A stretch of DNA of 64,000 bases from Candidatus Onthoplasma faecipullorum (GCA_019120295.1 DWVI01000002.1:10754-74753); one strand, 5' to 3'; shown: positions 25,101 to 36,526, counted from the first letter of the stretch. Numbers and translations are program-made. The notes: generated by a model from the letters alone, not told the origin.

Positions 25101-25140
25101 AAAAATAAAAAATTGTTGGTGTGAACCAACAATTTTTAAT
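25101..25140 (-). terminator. Intrinsic terminator after secG
   Basis: AATTGTTGGT/ACCAACAATT 10-bp stem with GTGA loop. U-run on the minus strand. Confidence 0.7.
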
Positions 25141-25148
25141 ATTTAAAT

Positions 25149-25451
25149 TTAGAACATAGTAGGAATTTTTACAAGCACAAAATAAATTATACTAAACAAT
25201 GCAATAAGCCCTACAAATATATAAATCAACCTAGTTATTCTACCTTCACGAGAACCTGATTTATTTAATGAATAATAACTTTCTTGATTGCCTGTTATGA
25301 CATTACCAGATTGTCCACCACCTGTTATTTGCATAAACACTAGAACTATCAAAACAATGGCAAGAAGCGCCATGATAACTAAACAAATACGTTCTAAAAC
25401 AGGGAAACTTGTGCTTATCCAACCTGGAACGGTTGCCAATAATGAATTCAT
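25149..25451 (-). CDS. secG: Preprotein translocase subunit SecG
   Basis: 100 aa, two TM helices flanking a Gly-rich loop (MQITGGGQSGNVITG). Conserved location downstream of glycolytic genes. Confidence 0.7.
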   Translation of the reverse strand: MNSLLATVPGWISTSFPVLERICLVIMALLAIVLIVLVFMQITGGGQSGNVITGNQESYYSLNKSGSREGRITRLIYIFVGLIALFSIIYFVLVKIPTMF

Positions 25452-25523
25452 ATATCCTCCAAAACCTAGTAATTATATCACAATTTAAAAATATTTACAA
25501 GTTATTTATAAAAAATATTCAAT

Positions 25524-25748
25524 TTACTTTCTAATATATGTTATATAAATCAACAGTGCGAACAAGATTATAGCAATAATCATTAAACTAACTTTTTCAA
25601 ACTTTTTTTGTGAGCCATCATATATTTTAAAAAAGCGCATAATGCAAACTAGCATACCAGCAAGTAATATTACCCAAATAGTAACAAACCATGCAGTATG
25701 CAATTCCTGTATAAAATTAACAAATTGATTATAAAATGATGTTAACAT
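25524..25748 (-). CDS. Small two-TM membrane protein, unknown function
   Basis: 74-aa hydrophobic ORF between gpmI and secG. Confidence 0.5.
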   Translation of the reverse strand: MLTSFYNQFVNFIQELHTAWFVTIWVILLAGMLVCIMRFFKIYDGSQKKFEKVSLMIIAIILFALLIYITYIRK

Positions 25749-25816
25749 ATATTACCTTACTCTAATCTATCAAATTTTAACCTATTTGTCAAGATAGAAG
25801 TGGTATATTTAAAATA

Positions 25817-27289
25817 TTATTTACAAATTAGTGAACTACCTTCAAACTTCGGGTTTTTATCCACTTGCATTAAATCAAGCATTGTTGGTGCAATATCTTT
25901 TAGACCACCCCTTGATGCCATTTTATGTTGCACATTATCTACAACGGTGCATATAACAGGGTTTGTTGTGTGCGCCATATGTGGTTCACCTGATTTTGTT
26001 CGCATTGTTTCGCTATTGCCATGGTCAGCAGTGACTATCACAAAATAATCTTTTTTCTTTGCTTTATCTAGCACCTTTTTTACACATACGTCTAAAAATT
26101 CAATGGCTTTTATAGTTGCTTCATAATCGCCTGTGTGCCCAACCATATCTGGGTTAGAATAATTAACAATTATAGCATCGTAACCTGCGTCAATTGCTTT
26201 TAAAACTTCGCTAGTTATCTCTTTTGCTCGCATTTTAGGAGTTTCGTTAAATCTTTCCACTTTAATAGACGGAATGTGCACCCTATCTTCCAATTTAAAA
26301 GGTTCTTCACGTCCACCATTTAAAAAGTATGTTACATGCGCATATTTTGTTGTTTCGCTAATTTTAATTTGCCTTAAACCAAGGCGTGAAAGATGTTCGG
26401 ATAAAGTGTCTTCCACATTTTTTTGAACGTAAATCGGAACTGCATTAGTTTTACCAACTTCCGCCATAGTCACAAGTGCACAGTTTAGATTTTCACTCAT
26501 TTTAACAATTTGACGCAACCTATCTTCACGGAAATTAAAGAAGAACACACAATCATTTTGGTGAACCTTACTCTCTAATATGGTTATGACGTGAACAGGT
26601 TCAATGTATTGGTCTGTGTTGCCAATTTTATGTTGAGCCTTTAAATATTTTTCTATTTCTTCGTTTTTTATTCCACCTTCTGAAAACATGGCATCGTATG
26701 CTCTTAAAGTGCGGTCGAGATTATTTTCACGGTCCATACTATACAATCTGCCTGAAATACTCGCAATCTCACAATTTTTATATTGTGATATCTCTTGTCT
26801 TACAAGTTTTAGATATTTTAAACTATCGTGAATTCCACAATCTCTTCCGTCTGTTATAAGATGCAAAAAAATGTGTTTTGCATATTTAGAAAAAACTTTT
26901 ATTAGCACAAATGCATGCCCAATATCTGAATGAACACGCTTATCACTCATAAGTCCAACCAAATGCAAATTGCCACCATTTTTTTTCAAATTTTTTGCTA
27001 TATCTAATAATTTTTTATTTTTATAAAATGCACCTGAAATAATGTCGTCGTGTATACGCTTGGAAACAGACGGCACAATGCGACCGGCACCTATGGTCAT
27101 ATGCCCAACTTCACTTCCACCCATTTCACCCGGAAATTGCCCTACCGCTTCGCCGTCTGTTTTAATAAGTGAATGTGGCATTTTATGAAGTAGGTCAAGT
27201 GTTGGAGATTTTGCGTTTTTTACAGCATTGTATTCACTTGACCTTCTTTCGCCATATCCGTCTAATATCAACAAAATACCTTTTTTCAC
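25817..27289 (-). CDS. gpmI: 2,3-bisphosphoglycerate-independent phosphoglycerate mutase
   Basis: 490 aa. LILDGYG N-terminus, GGSEVGHMTIGAGR, TADHGN metal-site motifs. Confidence 0.93.
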   Translation of the reverse strand: MKKGILLILDGYGERRSSEYNAVKNAKSPTLDLLHKMPHSLIKTDGEAVGQFPGEMGGSEVGHMTIGAGRIVPSVSKRIHDDIISGAFYKNKKLLDIAKNLKKNGGNLHLVGLMSDKRVHSDIGHAFVLIKVFSKYAKHIFLHLITDGRDCGIHDSLKYLKLVRQEISQYKNCEIASISGRLYSMDRENNLDRTLRAYDAMFSEGGIKNEEIEKYLKAQHKIGNTDQYIEPVHVITILESKVHQNDCVFFFNFREDRLRQIVKMSENLNCALVTMAEVGKTNAVPIYVQKNVEDTLSEHLSRLGLRQIKISETTKYAHVTYFLNGGREEPFKLEDRVHIPSIKVERFNETPKMRAKEITSEVLKAIDAGYDAIIVNYSNPDMVGHTGDYEATIKAIEFLDVCVKKVLDKAKKKDYFVIVTADHGNSETMRTKSGEPHMAHTTNPVICTVVDNVQHKMASRGGLKDIAPTMLDLMQVDKNPKFEGSSLICK

Positions 27290-27996
27290 TTATCAACTCC
27301 TAACACAATTTTTTTGAATTCGTCTAATTTCAGTGAAACACCACCGAGTAAAAAGCCGTCTGCCATTGAAGGCATCAATTCACTATAATTATCTCCACTA
27401 ACACTTCCGCCATACAAAACTTTTAAATTTAGTGTTTTAGCAGTTGTTTTTATTAGTTTAATAGCCTTGTCTATATCTTTAACGGTTGGTAGTTTTCCTG
27501 TGCCAATCGACCACACTGGTTCGTACGCAAAAATTATTTCTCTACTTTTATCAATTTTATTTTTATCTATTGCCTTTAAAACCACTTTAACTTGCGATTT
27601 AACGACGTTTAAACCTTCATTAGCATTATTTTCACCAACACAAATAATCGGCGTTATATCGTGATTTAACGCGTTTACCACCTTATTTGCAATCATTTCG
27701 TCCGTTTCACCAATTGCTCTTCTTTCACTATGACCTATTATAGCATACTTTACTTTAAACTCTTTTACCATAATAGGGCTAATTTCACCGGTTGATTTGT
27801 GATTGATTGTTTCAGATAAGTTTTGAACACCTAAACTAATAGCCTTATTTTTAATTTTGATAAAAGGTAGATAAAGAAAAGGTGGACACAAAACAATTTT
27901 TGTGTCCCTTACTTTTAATTTATTCAAAACATTAACTGAACGGAAAAAATCAACATTTCCATTCATTTTATAATTAGCAACAACTAATTTGTGCAT
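27286..27996 (-). CDS. tpiA: Triosephosphate isomerase
   Basis: Start moved to the ATG at 27996 (MHKLVVANYKMNG), just after the pgk stop. GHSERR and YEPVWSIGTG motifs. Confidence 0.9.
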   Translation of the reverse strand: MHKLVVANYKMNGNVDFFRSVNVLNKLKVRDTKIVLCPPFLYLPFIKIKNKAISLGVQNLSETINHKSTGEISPIMVKEFKVKYAIIGHSERRAIGETDEMIANKVVNALNHDITPIICVGENNANEGLNVVKSQVKVVLKAIDKNKIDKSREIIFAYEPVWSIGTGKLPTVKDIDKAIKLIKTTAKTLNLKVLYGGSVSGDNYSELMPSMADGFLLGGVSLKLDEFKKIVLGVDK

Positions 27997-28003
27997 AACA
28001 CCC

Positions 28004-29185
28004 CTAAATGTCTTCAATCATTTCAACACAAGGAAGTTTCTTTCCTTGCAATAACATCAAAGATGCACCACCGCCTGTTGATAAATGGGTAACTTTTTTA
28101 GCATATCCAAGCGATTGAATAGCCGCCACGCTATCACCACCGCCAATAACAGAAATTGCCTTGCTTTTTGCTACATATTTTGCTATTTTGTTTGTTCCGC
28201 GTTTGAATTTTTCATATTCATAAACGCCAACAGGACCATTCCATACAATAGTTTTGGCTTTCTTTATCTCTTTTTTGAAAGTTTTGATTGTTTTAGGTCC
28301 AATATCCATACCTTGATAATCGTCAGAGATAAAACCACTATTAAATAGTTTGCTTTCTGCATCTTCGCTAAATTCTTTTGCTCCAATATTGTCAATTGGA
28401 AGAATTATTTTAACACCTTTTTCTTTTGCACGTTCGTATATTTCTTTTGCTAAATCTAACTTGGAATTATCCACAATCGACATACCAACATTACCGCCAA
28501 TTGCTTTAATAAATGTGTATGCCATACCGCCACCAATCAAAATTGTGTCCACTTTGTCAAGTAAATTTTCAATAACTGGAAGTTTGTCTGAAACCTTTGC
28601 ACCACCTAAAATTGCAACGAATGGGTGTTCAGGGCTAGTTAAAACCTTATCAAACATTCTAAGTTCTTCTTCAACTAGGAAACCACAAACGGCTGGAATA
28701 TACTGCGCAATTCCATAAGTTGATGCATGCTTCCTATGTGCAGTTGCAAACGCTTCTAAAACAAATATATCCGCAAGGTTTGCTAATTTCTTTGCAAACG
28801 ACTCTGTATTTTTCTCTTCTTCTTTATAGAACCTAATGTTTTCGAGCATTAAAATATCGCCGTCGTGCATACTATTAACCATTTCAAGCGTAGACTTGTC
28901 CGTTACATCTTCTGCAAACGAAATAGGTCTATCCATAAGTTTACTGAGCCTTGCAAGCACAGGTCTAAGTGAAAGTTTTGGGTCCACTTGACCATTTGGT
29001 CTACCTAAATGAGAGCACAAAATAACTCTTGCTCCATGCTCAACCAAATAGTTGATAGTTGGAAGAGTGGAAACAATTCGAGTGTCGTCCATAATCTTTA
29101 ATTCAGCGTTCATTGGAACATTATAGTCCACCCTTACAAAAACGCGTTTACCGGACACATCGATATCTCTGATGGTTTTTTTCAT
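28004..29185 (-). CDS. pgk: Phosphoglycerate kinase
   Basis: 393 aa. RVDYNVP, SHLGRP, STGGGA motifs. Confidence 0.95.
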   Translation of the reverse strand: MKKTIRDIDVSGKRVFVRVDYNVPMNAELKIMDDTRIVSTLPTINYLVEHGARVILCSHLGRPNGQVDPKLSLRPVLARLSKLMDRPISFAEDVTDKSTLEMVNSMHDGDILMLENIRFYKEEEKNTESFAKKLANLADIFVLEAFATAHRKHASTYGIAQYIPAVCGFLVEEELRMFDKVLTSPEHPFVAILGGAKVSDKLPVIENLLDKVDTILIGGGMAYTFIKAIGGNVGMSIVDNSKLDLAKEIYERAKEKGVKIILPIDNIGAKEFSEDAESKLFNSGFISDDYQGMDIGPKTIKTFKKEIKKAKTIVWNGPVGVYEYEKFKRGTNKIAKYVAKSKAISVIGGGDSVAAIQSLGYAKKVTHLSTGGGASLMLLQGKKLPCVEMIEDI

Positions 29186-29303
29186 ATTTTCTCCGTTTTT
29201 ATGTTGTGTGTTTTATAGTTATCTAGACGCATATGTTTATCTTTATTTTACACGTCCGTTTTGTGAATATAATTATATGAGTTTATTATAACACAAGCAA
29301 AAA

Positions 29304-29819
29304 TTATTTCAAAATAATTTTTGAATATTTGTTAAATTTTCTCTTAATTTTGCCATTTTGCACCAAACACAAGCCAAATTCGTCACAAAATACATAAACT
29401 TTTCGTACTGAACAATGTGACGCGATTGGATACATTCTCTTTTTTGAAAGAATTATTTTATTATTTGCATGTGCTTTGCATTTTTCATTTCCAATCACAA
29501 AATGGCGATTTTTAATAATTAAATACGTGCCAATTTCTGCCGGTTTTAATGTTATAGTTTTGCCATCACAAATAAGTATTGATTTCTTCATTTGACCATT
29601 ATCTATAACATTAACTCCCGCCACAACAATAGCATTTAATCGATTTGCTATTGAAATTAATTCAGGCTTAACAATGCCTAAACTATTATTTTCATGTTTT
29701 AAATCGTAATCGTAAATTACACCAAAATTAAATACCAATAAATCACATCTTTTTAATTTTAAATAATAGTTCAAATAAAAAGACTTATAACTGCCACCAG
29801 AAACAAAAATTATTTTCAT
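29304..29819 (-). CDS. Hypothetical protein
   Basis: 171-aa ORF with no motif recognised. Confidence 0.5.
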   Translation of the reverse strand: MKIIFVSGGSYKSFYLNYYLKLKRCDLLVFNFGVIYDYDLKHENNSLGIVKPELISIANRLNAIVVAGVNVIDNGQMKKSILICDGKTITLKPAEIGTYLIIKNRHFVIGNEKCKAHANNKIILSKKRMYPIASHCSVRKVYVFCDEFGLCLVQNGKIKRKFNKYSKIILK

Positions 29820-29987
29820 AAAACATAATATGAAAAATAAATAAATTATGTAATTTATTAAAAATTAATTTTAGTAATGAAATATTGAAGCCAAAATAAT
29901 AATACTTACAAATATATTTTACTATATTTAATTATATAAAATAAATTATCCTAACTTAATTATTTTATATTAAAAATATAAGAAATT

Positions 29988-30308
29988 TTATATGCAATCA
30001 ACCGATGCATTTAAAACATCTTCAATACTATGATTTTTTATATAATAAACAATATTTTTACCTGTTCTATCTGCGTCCACAATATCAAGTGATTTTAAAA
30101 TTTTTAGTTGGTGACTAACAGTTGTTTGATTGATATTTAACACGTCCACTATATCACTCACACAAAGCGCACGGAGAGTGAGTAGAATTATTATTTTTAA
30201 TCTGGTTGCATCGCTAAAAGCATAGTAAAAATTTGATAGACTTCTAACATCGGCACTGCTTGGCATAAACTTTTTTAATTTATAAACATCTTCTAACTCT
30301 ATATTCAT
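29988..30308 (-). CDS. ArsR/SmtB-family metalloregulator-type transcriptional repressor
   Basis: 106 aa. FSDATRLKIIILLTLRALCVSDIVDVLNINQTTVSHQLKILKSLDIV (winged HTH with the VSHQL signature). Confidence 0.85.
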   Translation of the reverse strand: MNIELEDVYKLKKFMPSSADVRSLSNFYYAFSDATRLKIIILLTLRALCVSDIVDVLNINQTTVSHQLKILKSLDIVDADRTGKNIVYYIKNHSIEDVLNASVDCI

Positions 30309-30410
30309 ATTTTAATTTTACAATAATAAAAAACAATAATAAAACAATCACAAAAACTAATTTTGACGAATAAATAAGATAAATAAAATTTTTTGTATAA
30401 GGAGAAAGAA

Positions 30411-30593
30411 ATGAACAATCCATTTTACATACTTTTCGCCATACTTATTGCAGTAATCGCGCAAGCAACTAACACAAACTTAGCCAACAACACGTCAATT
30501 TTGTTACTCCTACTTTTAGCACTAGGCGCATACGGAAACAATAACAACAATAATAACTGCTACGTCTTCGGTCAACAAAGAAGTTTTATATAA
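30411..30593 (+). CDS. 60-aa membrane peptide with Asn7 run, divergent from the ArsR gene
   Basis: ATG at 30411 follows AAGGAGAAAGAA. The track start at 30393 is TTG. MNNPFYILFAILIAVIAQ...LLLLLLALGAYGNNNNNNNCYVFGQQRSFI. Confidence 0.4.
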   Translation: MNNPFYILFAILIAVIAQATNTNLANNTSILLLLLLALGAYGNNNNNNNCYVFGQQRSFI

Positions 30594-30703
30594 AAAATAA
30601 AAAAATTAAATTTTAATAGAAAATTGTAATAAATATTTAATTTTTAATCTTTTTAAGATTTATTAAATTATTTTTAATAAGAAAAAAGCACTCTATGTGC
30701 TTT

Positions 30704-31747
30704 TTAATTGAAATAATTTATCCCCATATTTGTTTTTAACTTTAATAAATTTTTTTGCGCAACTTTTCTTGCCTTTATTGTACCACGTTTTAAGATTTCA
30801 AAAATTGCGTCTGGGTCTTTTTCTAACTCTTTTCTTTTTTCTCTAATTGGAGCAAGTAAATCTTGCAATATTGAATTTAAAAATTTTTTGATTTTCATAT
30901 CGCCAAGCCCACCACGAGTGTAGTGCGCCTTTAATTCTTCCAAATTTTTATATTCAGGTAAATATTTTTCAAAATGTTCTGGGCGAGAAAACACGTCTAA
31001 ATAAGTAAACACAGTGTTTCCTTCTACCTTCCCTGAGTCTTCCACGTGAATATGGTTTGGGTCGGTGTACATTGAAAAGACTTTCTGTTTTATCTCGTCA
31101 GGTTCGTCACTTAAAAATATGCAGTTTCCAAGTGATTTGCTCATTTTTGCTTTTCCGTCTGTGCCAACAAGCCTAAAACTATTTTTATTTTCTGGTAACA
31201 CCGCTTTCGGTTCAACCAAAGTTTCGCCATACATATTGTTAAATGAACGTACAATTTCGCGCGCTTGTTCAATCATTGGAAGTTGATCTTCACCAACAGG
31301 AATAATAGTTGCATTAAAAGCAGTTATATCAGCGGTTTGACTTACTGGATAAGTTAAAAACCCCATTGGAATTGCGCCATTAAAATCTTTTGATTTCAAT
31401 TCTTCTTTAACAGTTGGATTTCTTTGTAGTCTTGATAAAGTTACTAAATTCATATAATAAAAAGTAAATTCAGTGAGTTCGCTAACTTCGCTTTGAATGA
31501 AAAAGGTAACTTTATTAGGGTCTAGCCCTACTGCCAAATAATCAAGCATAACTTGCAAAACATTTTCTCTGACTTTTGCAACATTTCCAAAATTATCAGT
31601 TAACGCTTGCGCGTCTGCAATCATTATATAATATTCATCATAACCGCCAGCATTTTGCAACTCAATTCGCCTATTTAGGCTTCCAACTAAATGACCTAAA
31701 TGCAAATGTCCTGTTGGTCTATCCCCTGTTAGTATAATTTTTTTCAT
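30704..31747 (-). CDS. trpS: Tryptophan--tRNA ligase
   Basis: Start at the ATG at 31747 (MKKIILTGDRPTGHLHLGHLVG = HIGH motif) after AGGAG. KMSKS motif present. Confidence 0.93.
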   Translation of the reverse strand: MKKIILTGDRPTGHLHLGHLVGSLNRRIELQNAGGYDEYYIMIADAQALTDNFGNVAKVRENVLQVMLDYLAVGLDPNKVTFFIQSEVSELTEFTFYYMNLVTLSRLQRNPTVKEELKSKDFNGAIPMGFLTYPVSQTADITAFNATIIPVGEDQLPMIEQAREIVRSFNNMYGETLVEPKAVLPENKNSFRLVGTDGKAKMSKSLGNCIFLSDEPDEIKQKVFSMYTDPNHIHVEDSGKVEGNTVFTYLDVFSRPEHFEKYLPEYKNLEELKAHYTRGGLGDMKIKKFLNSILQDLLAPIREKRKELEKDPDAIFEILKRGTIKARKVAQKNLLKLKTNMGINYFN

Positions 31748-31813
31748 ACATACTCCTAAAAACAAAAACAAATTTGTTCAATTTAAAATTTAAATAATTT
31801 ATAAATAATACTA

Positions 31814-31843
31814 ATTATAAAAATAAAAAACAATAATTGTCAA
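31814..31843 (-). promoter_or_regulatory. Sigma-A promoter for trpS: -35 TTGACA, 18-nt spacer, -10 TATAAT
   Basis: Both hexamers are perfect consensus on the minus strand, about 65 nt upstream of the trpS ATG. Confidence 0.6.
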
Positions 31844-31917
31844 CTAAACCACAAAAAAAATAGCCATAGGGCTGTTTTTAAATTATAATTTTAACAGTTA
31901 TATAATAAAATTATTTA

Positions 31918-32730
31918 TTATAATTGATTTGTTGTTTCATATTTTTCAATGTTATTATCTCTGGTTGACAACTTAACATATTTATCTTCTTCTTTTTGCC
32001 TTAATTTTTCAATCATTTCTCTCTCTTGGTCTGTTAATAAACAATCAAAATCGTTTAAGTTTGCTTTTTTGTCTTTGTAAAATTCTTGTATGTAAAACTT
32101 TAAATCTTCAATCGTTTTTTTACCGCCAGTTTCACTACAGTGAGCAAACACTGAAATCAATAAAGCAACAGACAACACTCCAGCAGGAGCAGCAGATATC
32201 CAACCACCTTTTGCTATATCTTTGTTTTTGTTATATTCTTCAGTTATAACTTGAATATCAGTGCTATACAAGTCCGTACCTATAAATGCAGATGCGTTTA
32301 AAAGCGAATCTTCCACGTATCTTTCGCTATTTACATATTCAAGCATTCGTTGATAAGTTTCATACGCGTCTGTATATTGTTGGTAACTTATTTCATATTC
32401 TTCAGATGTGATTTCGTTATTTTCAAGTTGTTGTTCAGCAGTTTCATAACTCAATCTCAATTCTTCAACTTGTCCCTGCATGTTAGCAAGCTCAATATCT
32501 GTGTATTCTCTTTGAGCTTCGTAAAGAGCCGTTGCTTCATAATCTGTTAACGTGCCACTTGCCATTATTTCTCCAACTATACCAACAACTATTGGAGTGG
32601 CAAATATTAAAGGACTAATAGCAAATAATGTCGGTTTTAATATGGTATCTAAAATTGACTTTAAATCATTTGCTAAACATTTACTTTTGATTTTCTTTAA
32701 AATCGCTCTACGTACTAAACTTGAATTCAT
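31918..32730 (-). CDS. Hypothetical membrane-associated protein with coiled-coil segment
   Basis: 270-aa ORF. TM-like segments (PTLFAISPLIFATPIVVGIVGEIM; GWISAAPAGVLSVALLISVF). E/Q-rich middle. Confidence 0.6.
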   Translation of the reverse strand: MNSSLVRRAILKKIKSKCLANDLKSILDTILKPTLFAISPLIFATPIVVGIVGEIMASGTLTDYEATALYEAQREYTDIELANMQGQVEELRLSYETAEQQLENNEITSEEYEISYQQYTDAYETYQRMLEYVNSERYVEDSLLNASAFIGTDLYSTDIQVITEEYNKNKDIAKGGWISAAPAGVLSVALLISVFAHCSETGGKKTIEDLKFYIQEFYKDKKANLNDFDCLLTDQEREMIEKLRQKEEDKYVKLSTRDNNIEKYETTNQL

Positions 32731-32794
32731 AAAAACTCCTTAAATAACGTAATTTTTTTATCTTATTTTTATAAATCTATTATACCATAAAATT

Positions 32795-32900
32795 TAAAAA
32801 ACAAGACTATTTAAAGTCTTGTTCATACAAATTGCATTTTACAAAGCGGACAAAAGCCGTTATGACGCCTTATAAACTGGGAACTACTCCCTTTATTTAT
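32795..32900 (-). ncRNA. Candidate ~105-nt small RNA or leader (orphan promoter-to-terminator unit)
   Basis: On the minus strand, TTGACA (32930-32935), a 17-nt spacer and TACACT (32907-32912). A GC-richer stretch follows with hairpin GGGAGUAGUUCCC. It ends in stem ACAAGACU/AGUCUUGU plus U6 (32795-32822). There is no ORF. The 270-aa gene downstream has its own TGGTATAAT element. Confidence 0.3.
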
Positions 32901-33055
32901 ATTTTCAGTGTAGTTTATAAAATTTGAATTGTCAATACTTTTTTAAAAATTTTTTATAATTTTTTATTTTACTGTTTTAATCAACTATTTTTATAAAAAT
33001 AACTTTAACAACCTTAATATTTAATATAATTTTTTGTATGTTTGATATTAAATAT

Positions 33056-33084
33056 AAAAAAATCTCGCAGTTGCGAGATTTTTT
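33056..33084 (-). terminator. Intrinsic terminator after tuf (bidirectional hairpin)
   Basis: AATCTCGCA-GT-TGCGAGATT stem flanked by A- and T-runs, 9 nt after the tuf stop. Confidence 0.8.
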
Positions 33085-33092
33085 GTTTTTTA

Positions 33093-34295
33093 TTAACCAA
33101 TGATTTCAGATACTACACCTGAACCGACTGTACGACCACCTTCACGGATAGCGAATCTCATACCTTTTTCAATAGCGATTGGGTGGATAAGTTCGATTTC
33201 CATAGAAACGTTATCGCCTGGCATAACCATTTCAACTCCTTCAGGAAGTTTAATTGAACCAGTGATGTCGCAAGTACGGCAGAAGAATTGTGGACGGTAA
33301 CCATTGAAGAATGGAGTGTGACGTCCGCCTTCTTCTTTCTTCAAGCAGTAAACTTCTGCTTTGAATTTAGTGTGTGGAGTGATTGTTCCTGGTTTAGCAA
33401 GAACTTGACCACGTTCGATTTCACTACGTTGTAAACCACGGATCAATAGACCAGCGTTATCACCTGAACGAGCTTCGTCTAGTGATTTTCTGAACATTTC
33501 AATACCTGTGATAACAACTTGACGAGTAGGTTTAATACCAACTAATTCAAGAGTATCGTTAAGTTTAACAACACCACGTTCTACTCTACCTGTTGCAACA
33601 GTACCACGACCTGTGATTGTAAATACGTCTTCAACTGGCATTAAGAAAGGTTTGTCAGTGTCACGTACTGGGTCTGGAATGTAACTATCAACAGCTTCCA
33701 TCAATTCGTTGATGCAAGCACATGCTGGGTCATCTGGGTGACCAGCTGAAGCGGCTTCCAAAGCTTTAAGAGCTGAACCACGAATAACTGGTGTTTCATC
33801 TCCTGGGAAACCATAAGAAGAAAGTAATTCTCTGATTTCCATTTCAACTAAGTCGATAAGTTCTGGGTCATCAACTAAGTCTGTTTTGTTTAAGAATACA
33901 ACAATGTAAGGCACGCCTACTTGACGAGCAAGAAGGATGTGTTCCTTAGTTTGTGGCATTGGACCATCAGTTGCAGCAACAACAAGGATAGCACCATCCA
34001 TTTGAGCAGCACCAGTGATCATGTTTTTAACGTAGTCTGCGTGTCCTGGGCAGTCTACGTGAGCGTAGTGACGTTTTTCAGTTTCGTATTCTACGTGTGA
34101 AGTGTTAATTGTAATACCACGAGCTTTTTCTTCTGGGCTCTTATCAATTTCGTCATATCTCATTTTTTGAGCTTGACCTTTTGCAGCAAGAACCATAGTG
34201 ATAGCAGCAGTTAAAGTTGTTTTACCGTGGTCAACGTGACCAATAGTACCAATATTAACATGTGGTTTAGTTCTTTCAAATTTAGCTTTTGCCAT
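33093..34295 (-). CDS. tuf: Elongation factor Tu
   Basis: 400 aa. [28 protein letters not shown]. Confidence 0.98.
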   Translation of the reverse strand: MAKAKFERTKPHVNIGTIGHVDHGKTTLTAAITMVLAAKGQAQKMRYDEIDKSPEEKARGITINTSHVEYETEKRHYAHVDCPGHADYVKNMITGAAQMDGAILVVAATDGPMPQTKEHILLARQVGVPYIVVFLNKTDLVDDPELIDLVEMEIRELLSSYGFPGDETPVIRGSALKALEAASAGHPDDPACACINELMEAVDSYIPDPVRDTDKPFLMPVEDVFTITGRGTVATGRVERGVVKLNDTLELVGIKPTRQVVITGIEMFRKSLDEARSGDNAGLLIRGLQRSEIERGQVLAKPGTITPHTKFKAEVYCLKKEEGGRHTPFFNGYRPQFFCRTCDITGSIKLPEGVEMVMPGDNVSMEIELIHPIAIEKGMRFAIREGGRTVGSGVVSEIIG

Positions 34296-34423
34296 AATTT
34301 AATATCTCCTTTATTATTAATACTTTATTATTTTACTTTAAGTAAAAGTTTAAGTCAAGCAAATTGAAATATATTTTTTTGTTTTTATTTGTATTATTTC
34401 AGTTTACTTGCACACTAAAATTA

Positions 34424-36511
34424 TTAATTAGTACCTTCTAATTTCTTTCTATCGCCAATGATTTTGTCTGCGATATTCTTAGGACATTCAGCGTAGTGGT
34501 CAGGAACCATTGTGAATTGTCCCCTACCTTGTGTTGAACCACGAAGGTCAGTTGAATAACCGAACATTTCAGAAAGTGGAACTTCCGCGTGAATTACTTG
34601 ACCGCCGAATTTTGCTTCTGTGCCAGTAAGCACACCACGGCGAGAAGTAAGTCCGCCCATAACAGCACCAAGGTATTCGTCTGGCACGTTAACTTCAACT
34701 TTCATAATAGGTTCTAGTAACACTGGGTCTGCCTTTTTCATTGCTTCTTTGAATGCAAGTGAACCAGCGATCTTAAACGCCATTTCGCTTGAATCGACAT
34801 CGTGATATGAACCGTCGTATACAGTAACTTTAAAGTCAACAGTTTCATAACCTGCTAACACGCCTGAACGTTTTGCTTCTTGAATACCTGCGTCAATTGG
34901 AGCGATGTATTCTTTTGGAATAGCACCACCAACGACGGTACTTTCAAAGATATAACCTTTATCTCTTTCAAGTGGTTCCATTTTAATTTTACAGTGACCA
35001 TATTGACCACGACCACCTGATTGTTTGATATACTTGCCTTCTGCTTCAACAGCTTTACGGATAGTTTCTTTATATGCAACTTGTGGTTTACCAACTGTTA
35101 CTTCAACGCCAAATTCACGCTTCATTCTATCCACTAAGATATCAAGGTGCAATTCACCCATACCGGCGATAATTGTTTGACCAGTTTGTTGATCTGTGTA
35201 GGCTTTAAATGTTGGGTCTTCTTCCATAAGTTTTTGAAGAGCAATACCAAGTTTTTCTTGTGCTTGCTTATCTTTTGGCTCAATTGCTTGTTGGATAACT
35301 GGTTGCATAAATTCCATTTCTTCCAACTTAATTGGATGATTTTCATCACAAAGAGTGTCGCCAGTGCCTGTGTTTTTTAAACCAACTACTGCACAAATAT
35401 CACCTGCTAAAACTTCATCAATATCTGTTCTGTTATTAGCGTGCATATGAAGTAAACGTCCTATACGTTCTTTTTTATCTTTGGTTGCATTTAACACATA
35501 ACTACCAGCTGATAGTTTACCGCTATACACACGAATGAATGTAATACGACCAACATATGGGTCAGTTGCAATTTTAAACGCAAGAGCCGCAAATGGTTCA
35601 TTGTCATTATTATTACGCTCAACCACTTGGCCATCTGCTGTTGTTCCCTTAATTGGTGGAACATCGATTGGGCTTGGCATATAGTCAACAATAGCATCAA
35701 GCAATTCTTGAATACCTTTGTTTCTTGCAGCAGTTCCACAAAGCACTGGGAACATTTTTAATGTGCAAGTTGCCTTTCTAATGCCCTTTTTCAATTCGTC
35801 GTTAGTTATTTCTTCACCTGCAAAGAACTTTTCAAGCAATTCGTCGTCAGTTTCAGCAACTGCTTCAACCATTTTTTGCCTATATTCTTTTGCTTGTTCT
35901 ACCATATCCGCAGGAATTTCTTCTTCTCTAACGTCTTTTCCTAGGTCGTCATAGAAAACGTATGCTTTCATTTTAATTAAATCAACAATGCCCTTAAACG
36001 ATGCTTCTTGACCGATTGGTAATTGAAGAGGCACTGCATTGGCACCTAAGTTTGTGCGAATACTTTCAACTGCTTTTAAAAAGTTTGCATCGTTAATATC
36101 CATTTTGTTGATAAAACACATTCTTGGAACGTTGAATTTAGATGCTTGACGCCAAACATTTTCACTTTGCGCTTGCACGCCATTACGCGCACTAAACAAT
36201 GCAATAGCACCGTCCAAAACCTTTAATGAACGTTCAACTTCAACTGTGAAGTCAACGTGCCCTGGAGTGTCAATAATGTTGATTGTGCAGTCTTGCCATT
36301 TACAAGTGGTACAAGCAGAAGTGATAGTAATACCACGTTCTTGTTCTTGCGCCATCCAGTCCATAGTTGCTTCACCGTCATGCACTTCACCGATTTTGTG
36401 GTTTACACCAGTGTAGAACAAAATACGTTCAGTTGTTGTTGTTTTACCCGTATCAATATGTGCCATGATACCAATATTTCTTATTTTTTCTAATGGTACA
36501 GTTCTAGCCAT
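34424..36511 (-). CDS. fusA: Elongation factor G
   Basis: 695 aa. [30 protein letters not shown]. Confidence 0.98.
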   Translation of the reverse strand: MARTVPLEKIRNIGIMAHIDTGKTTTTERILFYTGVNHKIGEVHDGEATMDWMAQEQERGITITSACTTCKWQDCTINIIDTPGHVDFTVEVERSLKVLDGAIALFSARNGVQAQSENVWRQASKFNVPRMCFINKMDINDANFLKAVESIRTNLGANAVPLQLPIGQEASFKGIVDLIKMKAYVFYDDLGKDVREEEIPADMVEQAKEYRQKMVEAVAETDDELLEKFFAGEEITNDELKKGIRKATCTLKMFPVLCGTAARNKGIQELLDAIVDYMPSPIDVPPIKGTTADGQVVERNNNDNEPFAALAFKIATDPYVGRITFIRVYSGKLSAGSYVLNATKDKKERIGRLLHMHANNRTDIDEVLAGDICAVVGLKNTGTGDTLCDENHPIKLEEMEFMQPVIQQAIEPKDKQAQEKLGIALQKLMEEDPTFKAYTDQQTGQTIIAGMGELHLDILVDRMKREFGVEVTVGKPQVAYKETIRKAVEAEGKYIKQSGGRGQYGHCKIKMEPLERDKGYIFESTVVGGAIPKEYIAPIDAGIQEAKRSGVLAGYETVDFKVTVYDGSYHDVDSSEMAFKIAGSLAFKEAMKKADPVLLEPIMKVEVNVPDEYLGAVMGGLTSRRGVLTGTEAKFGGQVIHAEVPLSEMFGYSTDLRGSTQGRGQFTMVPDHYAECPKNIADKIIGDRKKLEGTN

Positions 36512-36526
36512 TTATTCCCCCTTATA

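Noticed and set aside
31748-31917. Expected T-box riboswitch upstream of trpS.
   Set aside because: A perfect TTGACA/TATAAT promoter leaves only about 65 nt of 5' UTR. That is too short for a T-box, and I see no T-box 14-mer or specifier-loop architecture.
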